A DNA stretch of 63,170 bases, the filler included, from Intoshia linei (Eukaryota > Animalia > Orthonectida), in assembly GCA_001642005.1 (NCBI GenBank). It is 11 parts of 11 records of this genome, joined end to end, with 100 filler letters (N's around TTAATTAATTAA, not from the genome) between each part and the next. Parts side by side here need not be neighbours in the genome. Positions count along the whole stretch, not along the records: positions 11,698 to 20,751 come from LWCA01001397.1; positions 20,852 to 32,035 come from LWCA01001188.1; 9 more parts are not named here. One strand, 5' to 3'. Positions 11,698 through 24,700 of this stretch are shown here, in pieces. Every line of letters begins with the position of its first letter. Position 1 is the first letter of the stretch. Below the pieces are notes generated by a model that was not told the origin of the DNA, made no database searches, and worked only from the letters and a program-made list of their open reading frames with translations. The translations under genes were made by a program, and so were the position numbers.

Positions 11698-13997
11698 CTT
11701 CAAAAGAGATTTAGATTTAACAGCTTTTTTAGGTTCACTGTCATCACTATCACTAGATGAATCAGATTCTACAGCCACTTTGCAGTCTTTAATATTATTA
11801 TTCACATTTAAAGACTTAGAGTTAATAGGCTTCTTAGGTTCACTATCATCACTGTCCAAACTAGAACTAGACTCAATATTTGATAATAATTTAGCTTTAA
11901 GAGATTTTACCTTTTCATTGCATCTAGTCACAATAGCTTTAACAGTCTTTGACGTTTTTTTGGGTGGAACAAGTTCACTATTGTCACTATCAGAAGTTGA
12001 TGAGTCAGAATTTACAGCAATTTTTGATTTATTCTGGGTCTTTATATTAAAATCGTTAGATTTAGCTTGATCAATACTTTTAATTTTAGGATAATTTATT
12101 TTTTGCTTGCATTTATTAATATTTTTATTTGATAATTTTTTAGATGAAACAATTTTACTATCGCTACTATCAGAACTCGATAAATTCGCACATGCCATTT
12201 TAGATTTTTGTTGAGTTTTTTTGCCTAAATTATCATTGTTTTTAATACAATTACTTTCACTACTTGACGAATCATTTAATAATTTTGATTTATTTTTACC
12301 AGCCTTGACAGTCTTTATTAATTTTTCCATTTTTATATCGCAGTCTTCACTCTCCGAATCACATTTTGCATTTATTTTAGATATAATAATTGATGTATTA
12401 ACAGGACTATTCCTTACTTTCTTAATCGAATTAATTATCACATTAGATTTTGAAGACATTTTAGATACATTTTTTTTAATCTCATCTAAATTGGAATCAC
12501 TTTCAGATGTAGATGTAGCACAATCATTTATAGTTATATTTTTCTTTTTAATCGTACTGTCATTGTCATTATCAGACGAGGAATCTGAACTTGAACCGGA
12601 TATTTTCGATGCAAGTACAATATTCTTCTTTTTAATCAGCAAATTATTTGATTTAACTTTTTTAGTTAATTTCGATGTTTTAGATACTTCATCTGAGCTA
12701 CTATCGGAAATTGATTTTTTATTAACTTTTTTTCCTCTTTTTTCAATACTAGCAACTTTCTTTTTTTGTTTCTTTAGTATAGGTGTAGAATTTAGATTCA
12801 AGCTTTTTGAGTTATCTTTTCCATTTCGTGCATTAATTGATTTTTTTTTATTAATATTTTCAATTAAAATATCTAAATCGGTGCAGCTGCTCGTAGTGGA
12901 ATCTGAATCACTAACGACATCCTTTGTATTTTTTAATGTACCAATTTTTTTAATAGAGACAGTACTAGATACTGGTTTTTTAACAACTTTATTTTTTACT
13001 CTAGTCAAAATAGATTCAATTGAATTGGCATTTTTTTTTATTTTTTTCAAATTACCAATTGAACTATTTATTTCATTAGAACTAGCACTACACGACGATT
13101 CCTTTTTTACATTTTTAGTAGAATTAGATTTTGATTTATAAATTTTAATTGAATCGTTACTATCTGAAGTAGATGAAAAAATTTCTAATTTCAATTTTTT
13201 ATTTGTAAGCCCTTTTGATTCTTGTGAACTAGAAGACAAATTTAAAGCGTTATTGATTTTTGTTTCTAAATCTTCACCATTTGATAACCTATCACGTTTT
13301 AAATTTTTTTTTATTAATCTAGAATTTGCTACATTCGATTCATTTTCACTGTCAGATGAACTAGAAAACTTTATTTCGACCTTTTTTTGGATTGAAGATT
13401 TTTTGTTACGCTTCTTAGATTTATTCAAACTTTTCCTTTTTACCTCTACAAGGTTGGAACTTTGTTCAACTGAGGAGTTTAAGTTTAATTCTAAATTAAT
13501 AATAAATTTTGTTTGAAATACATTTGAATATAAAGTAAATGTAAATATAGCGTCCATTACACAAAAAAAAGATAAAATTGTATGAAACGATTGTGCGTTA
13601 ATTAATGATAAACGCTATTGTTATAATAACATTAACAACGCAAAATGTTACAATCTTTTTTCATTATATAGAACAAAGATTAGCAACTTACGCCCACATA
13701 ATTTATTTTTTAAAGTTTACTTTTATCCAATTTTATATTTTATCCATCCAGTCATTCTACTAAATACTAACAGTGGGTGTTAAATTTTTGATGTTTCCAG
13801 TCCACCAAATTATTAGAATCTAACACCCGGTTGTTACTATCATAATGTTGTCCACCCTAATAACACGAGTAAACAACAAATAGTCGGATACTAGATAATG
13901 GATAAAATAGGTTTAGTCACATTATTTTTACATTACAATAAATAATAATTTTACTTTTGTTTAATTTTGTTTTTTTTAATTTTTCAGTTTTTGCCAT
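11698..13997 (-). CDS. Ser/Lys/Asp-rich low-complexity protein, Nopp140/nucleolar phosphoprotein-like; 3' end lost in gap
   Basis: Long ORF with alternating acidic-serine tracts (SSSDSDDSE) and Lys-rich blocks. A probable first exon MAKTEKLKKTKLNK (ATG 13997) splices in phase to the acceptor at about 13491. The ORF runs into the gap at 11697. Confidence 0.6.
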
Positions 13998-14452
13998 TTT
14001 AAATTAATTTAATCTGATATGGAATTCTAAATTGATTAACAATTAAATATTAATAAATCCACTCATGCAGTGCCGAACCTACCGTGCCAGAGATACATCT
14101 TCAAAAGACAAATTTTTCCAATTTGATCATTAAAAATTATATTCCTAAATATCACAAGTATTTTGTGTGTTACATATAAAATGTCCAGTCAAGAAGCTTT
14201 GAAGGAAAATATTAGGTGAGTGGAAACAATACTACGCATCGTTTAGTAAAAATTGTGTTATGGCCTATTTTTCATTTTCGAGTGTGGTCTATAGTTTAGT
14301 ATGTTCGGTTGTGGAGTCCAGAGTCTGGACTCAAAATTGTAACACTAAAAGGGCCGTATGTAGTTTAGGTCCACCAATATGAAGAATAATTTATTCAAAA
14401 TATTCAAAATGAATTAAAATTTATCGCTTCTTATGCAGTATATTAGTGTAAT

Positions 14453-14595
14453 TAGTGTGACCAGAAAAAAACGTACTATCATTTTTAGTTTATTGGGAAT
14501 AAATTTTTATTCGTCATCATATATAAGTAGTTTTGGCTTTACATTTATCACCAAATAAACTAAAATTGATAGTACGTCTTTTCCTGGCCACACTA
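14453..14595. mobile_element. 143-bp MITE with about 45-bp TIRs and a 7-bp TSD (gtgtaat)
   Basis: tagtgtgaccagaaaaaaacgtactatcatttttagtttatt ... aataaactaaaattgatagtacgtcttttcctggccacacta, flanked by gtgtaat at 14446-14452 and 14596-14602. Confidence 0.75.
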
Positions 14596-14802
14596 GTGTA
14601 ATGCATATGCTTCATGACAAAGAGATGTAATAAGATAATTTTATTTTTCATATTAGCCATATGAAATACGTTTGCATGTGGTATAACTCGGTCTGTTGGA
14701 CTTACTAACTAACTAACTACGTCTGTCACTTAATAAACAAAATTGATGTAGTGTAAACTATAATGACTCATACTTCAATGCTTTACCCAAAAACTTAATT
14801 AA

Positions 14803-15024
14803 TTAACCCTTTCACTGTCTGTATTCTATACTATACACGGCAATTTCACTTCACACGTATGTGTATTCTATGATATACACAGCATAATTTTGAAACACTT
14901 TATTGTTTTATTTTCATACATTTTCACATAGGTACTTTAAAAATAATACATGTTTAAATTAAAAAAACAATTCAAGACGTGTGGTGATGCATCATAAAAT
15001 AGTATTAGACAGTAAAAGGTTTAA
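14803..15024. mobile_element. piggyBac-type MITE, second copy
   Basis: ttaa-ccctttcactgtc ... gacagtaaaaggt-ttaa; reverse complement of 5288-5508. Confidence 0.75.
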
Positions 15025-16586
15025 AATATTCATGTAATGGCTTTTAACGAAAATTAGATCAAAATTCAATTCAATTCAACATTTTAAATTAAAATACAAA
15101 ATAAAATTAAAAACATTAAATTTAAATATATTTCTAATATCAATAATAATAAATAATTGTTCATATTGGAGGGCCCAAACTGCAAAAGGCCCACTAAAAA
15201 TAAAATAGATACAAATTGTAATAATTAATTTAAAATATATATGGTAACAGTATATAGATGACATAAAAATGCGTTCTTAGTAGTGTCTTGCGGTAATAAG
15301 ATTTTATCCATGAATTCGACAGAGTTTCAATGGGTTAAATTGTTTTACTATTAAAATTACCAAAATTATAGTTAATCTTTCGAATTTTCTTTATTATAGA
15401 TAAAAATTTCAAAGCAGTGACAAATATTAACGATAATGTGTTATAATTAAAATAACTTTATTGTTTTAATAGGTTTTATTATAAAAATCTGTAAAAAATG
15501 CGTACAATTTGTAATACGTAATCAATAACGTGTATGTAAACGTAATTTACATTTCTACTTTTTTAGTTTTGAATGAGTACTACTTAAATGAGTTTGTAAC
15601 TTTGATTATTAAAAATGGTAATGAAAATTAAAACATTTGTCTGAAAATATTATTCATCAAAGATAAAAAAGTACATTTTGTGCTTAACGATAATAGAAAA
15701 AAATTATTCAAATTGGTTCGGAATCCGAACTTGGCACTAACACGGCCCAATTTTTAAATAGATAATTTATTTTTTTACCTTTTAGTGTTAAAATTGACAT
15801 TTTAGAAAGTAAAAATATTTAAAGTATAAAATATATACTGTAAATCGTGGGTTCTTAATCTAAGTCTTATCTTTTTTGAGAAATGAATAATCCTAGAATT
15901 AAAATATACCTACATTACTCAGATACACTTTATTTCAATTGATCCAACCAAAAGTTACTTTTAATATATTATCAACCAATGTATCAAATTTAATTTTTAA
16001 AGAGAATATTTTTAATACCAACCATTTTTACTTAAATCAACCATTTTTAAATGGTAAAATTTAACATTAATTTAAGTAAATCAACTTTAATTTTATCCAT
16101 AAAAAATGCAGCCATCTAACAATTTCATAATTGTATCATTAATTTTTGTCTCCTTAATTAAATTTAATTGTGCCAATAGTTTGTTTCATAAAATGTCAGT
16201 GTCAAGTGTCCGTAAATTAATGTGCGAAGAAAATTATAAATATTTATAATTAATTGTCATTACTACTAACTACAATTATAAGCCTAGAAAAACTTGTTTT
16301 GTTAACAATAAAGTATTTATTAAAGATGTGCGAAATAACCAACGACACAAAACTGTAATGTCAAATTATCACCCAAAATGCTGATATATTTGCTAAAATC
16401 AGTTTTTGTGTACATGTAACCTAATCTTAAAGTAAATTAACGCAGTCCATACAAATTGATCGCAAAACGCTTCTTGAATATATAATTGTTGATTCTACAT
16501 TTAAAAATATTATATCGCTCATTGCTCTTCTAAATTTATACCGATTTTAACACTTCATATAAATTGAAATTATACATTAACCGACA

Positions 16587-17997
16587 ATGTCCGACAAGAA
16601 ATACACCTTGTCGGAGTTTACAAAAGTAGGATCAGTCCATATGCCAATGTTTGGTGTCGGATCATATAACATTGATGATGTAGAAATTGAAGAAAATATA
16701 CTTTCTTCAATTAAGGCAGGTTACAGGATGATTGATGTTTCCGAATTTAATCAGTATTTTTATCACATTGCTTTAATATTTATGCATTTTAAAACTTTTG
16801 ACTTTTAAGTTATTTATTCATTATAATTTTAGTAATGAGATTGGTATTGGAAAAGCTATACGAAGTTGCAATGTTCCTAGAAGTGAATTGTTTATTATTG
16901 GAAGAATATGGCGTAGATCTGTTTTAACCGTTGAGGCCACTATCAAAGCTTCAATTGAAAAGTAATTTTATTATGTTATGTGTTTTTGTATTACAGTCAG
17001 GACAGATTAAGCTGGTTATATTTTGAAAAAGGTAGTCCGCTTTTAGAAAAATTTAAACATTCTGCATGTTGAGTATATTATTTTTTAAATACAAATTATA
17101 TAACATTTTAATATATCAGTATAAGTACCGACAAAATTTGCTAAATTTTGAAAGTTAACACCCTAATGAACATAAAATTCTTTAACTCTGATATCATAAG
17201 CACTTTAACTAACCTTGCAATCAATTTAATTATTTTTACAAGTTGTAAGCATAACTGATGGTTTTTCCATCTATACTTGCCACCATTTTAATATGTAAAA
17301 TTTTAGACTAGGAATTGGATATTATGATTTATATCTCTTAAGTAATCCTATGGTTGATTTGAACATGGAAATTTATAAAAAAGTACAAGAAATTAAAGAA
17401 AAAACTGACTTGATAAGGTATAATAAACATTTAAATTGAATGTATAATTTTGTGTAGAGAATTTGGTGTTTCAAATTTTTATCCTCAACATTTTATAAAA
17501 ATTCGAGCTGTTGGTTTGAAATTACCTATTATAAATTCTTTGGAACTACACCCATATAGAAGTCAAGATAAAGTAGTAAAATTTTGCAAATCGAATGGAA
17601 TTGCTGTCATGTCACATTGTTCGCTGGCTGGTGGTTTTAAATTGGCATCTAAGGAAATGAAAAAAATCTCGGAACAGTAAACTTTAAATTAATCTTTTGA
17701 ATAATGTTAATTTTATTCACACTTTAATTTAGAGTCGGGAAATCGGCTGCTCAAATCATGTTGCGTTGGTCATTAGATAACGGATACCCAGTAATAACTA
17801 GAGCTACCTCAAATATAAAAAAAATTCAAGAAAACACCAAGATATTTGACATTGTTTTACCTGTCAATATCGTCAAACAGATGGTAATTTATTAATTTAC
17901 ATTTTTATATATATTTTTTTAGATTAATTTCCCGCATTTTTCTTGTTGTTCCATATCCATTGCATGCGAAAAACATAAATTTAACTTTTTCAGTTAA
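16587..17997 (+). CDS. Aldo-keto reductase fold protein, 6 exons, probable pseudoenzyme
   Basis: MPMFGVGSY..AGYRMIDVSEFNH/NEIGIGKAI..PRSELFIIGRIW../LGIGYYDLYLLSNP../EFGVSNF..ELHPY../VGKSAAQIMLRWSLDNG..ENTKIFD. All splice phases are consistent. Confidence 0.85.
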
Positions 17998-18819
17998 AAA
18001 TTGCAATCCTGTACATAACTTGTATATTTAATGCTTTGTTAAATACATTTTACGGTTTATTTCATTTCATTTTTTTTTTACAATTTTGATTAATTATGCA
18101 AATTTAAAGAACAAACTTATCGGACAGTATTATATCATTATATCATACCGAACGAAAAGTTTGTACTGTAAATTATTTAAACCAAATCAATTTACACCAT
18201 TTGTTACAATCTTTGAAATGATTTGTATCGTATACAGGACAAGCTCGGATAAACAATTTCACTTGACATTGTTTATGAAACTAGTTGACTGGTCAATACT
18301 TGGTTACTATTCTACTCTGAACCTTAAAACAATACTCGTTTGTAAAAAATATCTGCTTGATAAATTCAAATTATCAATTGAAATATTTTAATCATTTGGT
18401 TAGTCTGATATAAATTGATTAAATTTGTTGGTATCCTTATTAATCAATAGTGACCATTGCAACTTAACTTTTATAAAATTACTATGCATGAATAAATCTA
18501 TTTATATTAATTTATCCGCTTATATTGTATCAATTTCTAGTTTAATTAATTTATACATTTTGGAAATGTTTAATGTTGGCTAAAATAAATTAATTAATTA
18601 TTTACTGACTTATTGTTTACGACGCGTTTTCATGATATCTTATTTGTTTCTTAACAATGCGTTTTCATTTGTGCATGCAATGTTGTTTATGTTAATTTCT
18701 TTTGTTTCAGTTTAATTAAAATTATGAGAATGTAAATTGTATTACTGTATACGATTCGTGTATCTCGTGCTTAAACCGTGTCCTTAGGATAATAGAAAAT
18801 CCATTACATGTACTTTGTA

Positions 18820-18938
18820 TACAATTTTTTTAAACATAAATTCTGAGATAATTTTTAAAATTATAAACATAAATAAAAATGTCCGCCCTCGGCAGAACTA
18901 GGATGCTGTTTGTACCAAGTACATAACATTCAAGCTAG
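18820..18938 (+). mobile_element. Helitron 3' terminus (hairpin plus CTAG)
   Basis: gctgtttgtaccaagtacataacattcaagCTAG|t; a near-identical copy lies at 49648-49708. The upstream part matches family A internal sequence at about 47895-47940. Confidence 0.65.
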
Positions 18939-20054
18939 TACATTATATTTTTAATAAAAAAAATTTTAAAAATAACTTGTAATTTTTACGAAAAAAATGA
19001 CTTTATTAACTTTAACTTGCCATAATAATAACGTAACAAAATATATGAATTTTATAAATGAGTGTTTCTCAAATTTTTTTCAATATGTGCGCACTTGGAA
19101 GCAATAAAAAAAATTGAAAATGTTTACAATAGTGTAAGATTTTACTAGGAAAAACTGCAAATTTAAGAAAAAAAGTTGTTTAGGTACGAAAAACAAAATA
19201 ATCTAATTTAACTCATCATCTGTGAAATGGTTTATAGTTCGTTTTCAATTTTTCGTTGGACACAAATAAAATTTGCTGGAGCACGATTTGAGAAAAATTG
19301 CTCTAAATAACTATTTCAGTTAAAAAAGCTACGCCACAATGTAGAGCCCAATCTCAAATTTAATGGTAGTCATTTCAAAACATTAATTTCACTTTTATGT
19401 GATGTACGTTTTACTAGCATCGGCTAGCTTTGTTAGGACGAAGTTTTTAAGTTGACCTAAAAAAAATTTCCTGGTTAATATGATATCAATGTAAAATTTA
19501 CATAGACATCTCATCAATACCAAAAACGTTATCATTCAATTTTACCAATCAGTTAAAGCAGAGGTTCCCCAAATTTGTTTTAACGCAACCTAGCCATTTG
19601 AATTTTATTTTAAAAAATCAATCAAAACAATTTTTTCATACCGTGGTCCTCTTGTTCATAATATGAAGTTTTCACACAAAAATATTAATCTGAAATGTAA
19701 CAAATTGTACAATAATTTATAACGGTACAAGTGACATCATTTAAAATAATTGTATAATTAATTAATTAAGTGTAATTAATACTATCAGGAATATAATATA
19801 GTATAGAACAATTGAAATCTCCATCAACATGAAATAATTTAAAATTTGACAATCTAAGAATAACAATAACAATTAGCACGTCAAGTTAAAAATTAAAAAA
19901 TGTGCTAAATTTTAGAAAATGGAGCATAAGGTGTACAAATCAACAATCTCTTATGATAAAAAATCATTTAGCAAATTTATTCATTGAAGCAGTATCAAAT
20001 TTTATAAATTTTACATTTAGTAACAGTAAAACCTTAATAAATACAAAAGAAATA

Positions 20055-20324
20055 ATGCAATCAAATAAAACAACAATAAATCGGGCGTCCACGCCAATAC
20101 GAGGTTCTCCCGATATATGCTTTCCGAATTTATCACCAGTGAAGAGAAGCGCCATGCCAAATAAATGTAAGTCAAATACGTTAGTTCAAAAAGTTAAATA
20201 CGACAAAAACTTAAATGTTTTTGTTTTTAACAAAAAAACTTTTGCAACTATATTCGCAAAAAAAATGGACATGAATGAAAATATCATGTTTCAAAGTGAT
20301 TCGGATGAAAAAAATGAGTGGTAA
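20055..20324 (+). CDS. Possible small S/TP-rich hypothetical protein
   Basis: MQSNKTTINRASTPIRGSPDICFPNLSPVKR... lies within a 140-aa ORF with locally higher GC. No family recognised. Confidence 0.3.
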   Translation: MQSNKTTINRASTPIRGSPDICFPNLSPVKRSAMPNKCKSNTLVQKVKYDKNLNVFVFNKKTFATIFAKKMDMNENIMFQSDSDEKNEW

Positions 20325-21534
20325 TTTATTCGACATAGTTTTAAATGTATTTATTTTTTATTATATTACATTTAGAATGTAAATATGTAAATATATAAAT
20401 ATAATGTTCATCATTTTATAATTTGTGTATTTATTTTTTATTCATTTAATTTTTAGAAGTTATGATTGATATTATTTCTTAAATCAAGAATCAACTCAAA
20501 ATACTGTGTGTAAATGTATTATTAACAATAAATTTTACAAACAACAACAATTTTCTTTGTCACCCAGTCGAGTCAATTTCTATTTATATGGTCGATGGAA
20601 TCATCTAACCCAGTGTTTCTCAATTTTTTTTACTGCGCGGAACCCTTATGAAATTTCAAAGCATGATCAAATTTTTTTTCGCATGTCGCATATATGCAAC
20701 AATTTGATTTTTAATTAAAAAATTACGCTTCTAATATTGAAAACATAAATTNNNNNNNNNNNNNNNNNNNNNNNNNNNNNNNNNNNNNNNNNNNNTTAAT
20801 TAATTAANNNNNNNNNNNNNNNNNNNNNNNNNNNNNNNNNNNNNNNNNNNNAAAGTGCTGGGTTTTGTCTCCGTTATTTCATTATGTAAAATTCTATTTA
20901 ACAGTGTTTGATGTTTGATGCTTTTCCTATGACTTGTGATAAAAATGTTTTATCACTACGTAATTTCTTGTTGCATAAAATAAAAAATAGATCAACATTG
21001 ATATTAGTGAATTCATTAGGATATTTATTTAAAAAATTAGTTATTGACGGTTTCATTTATAATATAAATATCAAATAAAAAGTAAAATTTTCAAATATTC
21101 CGCTAATAATTACGATTTATATAACTAAGCAATAATGAAAAATGGAAATTATATGAAAGTTCTTTGTTGACAATTTATATTGTATTTTGACAAAAACTTA
21201 CCTTAGTAATTACCATTCTTGGGACCTACGCCACTCTGATGCCAACTTGGAATGATGAAATTTTAGTTGTTATGATAAAAACAGAAATTTATCAATGGTA
21301 AACGGAAATAATTATACATAAATAAATAGCAAAGTAATTCTAACTGGAAACGAAAAATATAATTGATAAGTAAAATCGGATTTTGGATTTTAGAATGTGT
21401 AGTACATTTAAAATATATTTTAAATGGATTTTGTAATACTTTTTTTTTTTTTCAAATAAAAAAATCATGACACCATCAGTTCCTCACCCTTGATCTATAT
21501 TTTATAGATAATTTGTATATAATAATTTTATAAG

Positions 21535-21698
21535 GTTCATTTGAAATACTTGCATATACTGATAAGGATGTTGTCGTACCCGAAATGTGGTGTGAAACTC
21601 ACGAACACAAAATTTTAAATGAGCAAAATGTCCCATTTCGATCATTTACTACCTCAATTCATAAGGTGGACTCTGGAGTAAGTTACAAGTTGTTGTAA
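21535..21698 (+). CDS. Possible exon of an unidentified gene
   Basis: An acceptor precedes the open frame SFEILAYTDKDVVVPEMWCETHEHKILNEQNVPFRSFTTSIHKVDSG. Upstream exons were not resolved. Confidence 0.3.
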
Positions 21699-21784
21699 AT
21701 ATTATATTTTAAAATAAAATTGTATATCGAAATTTAAATATAAAATTTTACAAATGTGTTAAAATGAATATATTAATTTGATTT

Positions 21785-24700
21785 TTAATTTTCCTTGTTA
21801 TTATTGCTAATATCCTCTATAAGAGTTAATCTAAATGTACATATTATATTATTAGTTTTTTCGTGAAGATATTTACACAACTTGTTGTTTTCAAAACATT
21901 TCGTCGGAAAATATTTTTAATCTAACGGTTATTTTTTTACAGTTTAGTGTCATGGGACGTATAAAGGTGGTTATGGTCATATAACGGGTCATCACAATGA
22001 TCAACAGACCTGAAAAATTTTATTAATGAACACAAAGATTTGAACAAGGGTGGGCACAATACGGCGCTTATAGAATTTTCATCTGATCAACGAGAGATGT
22101 CCTAAATAGAAATTTATTTTTTTTCAAAATAAAAAAAAATTATACGATACCATGTCTAAAATGACCACGGTCGAACCTAGGTGTTTTTTCAATAATGAAA
22201 TTTGCGAAAAATGAACCGACTTGAAATAAAATTAATCATTTTATATTTATAATGTTACTTTACTAATGTATCCCAAATTGGGATTTCCAATATAATTGAA
22301 AAATTTTTTGTGATTTAGCCTTGTTTTTATTTTGAAGTAAAATATTCTGCGTTTTTAAATAATTAAAAACTAACTTGGTATAATAGCGATATAAGTTTTT
22401 TATTCTTGCAGGTTAGCAATAAAAAATTTTTACCATCTACTTAATTGAGCAATCGATAGAGGAACCAAATGTTTTCATTTGCACATATGGGCCTATTATT
22501 ACTATATGATCCGGTTTCATGTATCTCGTTTTAAAATTGGTCTTGTATCCTGATTTTAGTAACCAGGTTTTTTTATTAATTTTGTTAAAAAACAAAAATA
22601 ACTTATTTAATGTTATATTAAAAATGTCAATAAACATATTTATCTATAAACACAATTTATTTACCTGTCAATTTTGTTGATTTTATCCGAAGTGTCTTTA
22701 AAATTTCTGGAATTTTTAATATGATAGGAATCATTTTCTTCTTTTATTCCATCTAATGTAGTTTTACCGCGACTTCCATAATCATAGTAATTTTTGCGCT
22801 TTTCTAGGGCAGCGCGAATTATATCTTTGACAATATTTTGTTCTAAATGTAGTATACAAAATTAAATTAATATTAATCTTGATAACATTACTTATAATAA
22901 AGTGGTTTACTTTGAAAAATAGCATTGATACATTTTTATCAATATCAAAAAATTTTTTAGATTTTAATTTAAAAAACTGGGCTGCCCCCATTATGGAAAT
23001 TTTAAAGGGAACCCAAATGACGGTGTACAAAAAATTGAAAAGATTTTCAGTATAATTATCGTTGTGTCGCAAAACAGCGACATTTTAAAATTTAGTGAAA
23101 AATTAATCTCTCATTTCCTCTATCCTTCCTTACCAGCCCATTTTCAGCGATATCCAGTATGTTGAAGCTTATTAACCATTATACAAGTGGGTACGTTATT
23201 TTTTTGAAAATTTGACCGTAACGATCTGAACGAATCTGAATGTTAGAGATTTCTACTCTATTTACATATTCATATATGTACGATTCCTCTATAATATAGA
23301 TTCTATATCAGTGGTTCAGATTCAAATCGTGTACGAAATCCCATTTCAAAATATTTATTTTTTTGGCCCCAAAGGAAACATGAAATATAAAATATTTATG
23401 AAAAAAGTTTTTTTCTCATAAGATTTGGTAAAATCGTGTTTTTCAAAAAAATTTTGGAAAAAGGATTTTTATTTTGGGGTTTGATTAAGTGGATTTTACC
23501 CTGAGAGTTTGAAATTGTATTTTTATTAAATATTGTTATTTAGTGGGGTAAAAGTGGGATTTTGGAAATAATAATATATCAACTATTAGAAGTTTGGTTC
23601 ACAATTTACTGAATGCATTATCTTGAATTGTTCAATTTTATACACAAAATTGTTTATAAATATTATAATGTAGTGATCATTTTTGATTCAGTTTGGCGCA
23701 ATACTAAAATCTTAAATTATTCTTACAATTAAAGTTTATCATTTAAAATGAACAAAATTTTGAAATGTATGGGCTATGACGAGAGAAAAAGAAAATTGAA
23801 AAAGTAAATAGATAACATTAGAACTTAAAGAATACATATTTTATTAGATTAATTAATGAACAAAACCCTAAACCGACATTAGTATTGGACATAGATCATA
23901 CATTATTAATTCGAAAATTCACGTCAACTGGTGAAATAATATTATACAGACCATATCTAGACGAATTTTTAGAAGCAATGGCTGAACTTTATAACATTGT
24001 TTTATTTTCTCATGGTAAAAGAGAATATGTACAAAGTTTAACAAAAAAGATGGATCCAAATGGACGCATTTTCAAAGCAATTTTTACACGTAACGATTGC
24101 GATTATATCGGTTATAATTCACCTGTCAAGGATTTATCAAAGTTGCACGTTAACTTGAATAAAACAATACTCATAGATGATACTCCAAATTACGCTGGTT
24201 TACAGGTACATTTACATATTTTTATATTTTTAATTGCCATTTTTAGCCGAATAATTTTATCACTATTAAAAGATTTTATGGTGAATCTAATGATAATGCT
24301 TTGTTGGTTGTTTCCAAAATACGTAAAGATTTGATTAATTATTCTGATTTTACTGACTATGTCAAGGAACTTAAAACATGAAAAATTTTGTTCACAAATT
24401 ACTGTATGAGATACTTGTATTTGTAAATATTTTTAACAAATAAATGTTTAATGTAAAATCAATTTTCAATGGCTGTATAATAATAATAAATCAGACATTG
24501 TCAGTGTGGCTACTAATAGTGTGTATCACGTGTACTTACGGGTCCACATATACGTTGAAGCGAAAAAGTTGTTCTGAATGCATAATTATTTTATAATTAT
24601 CTACAGTGGGGCCCACAACGCTAAAAAGGTTGATAACACTTCTATGCAAATCAAAGTTTTTTATTTTTATCAGACACTAGCTACACGAAGCTAAATACTA

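Noticed and set aside
11780-13516. Plus-strand hydrophobic ORFs of 96, 306 and 87 aa
   Set aside because: Antisense shadows of the Ser/Lys-rich minus-strand gene.
14181-14220. ATG exon MSSQEALKENI followed by a GTGAG donor, divergent from the Nopp140-like gene
   Set aside because: No downstream exons could be linked, so it cannot be supported as a gene.
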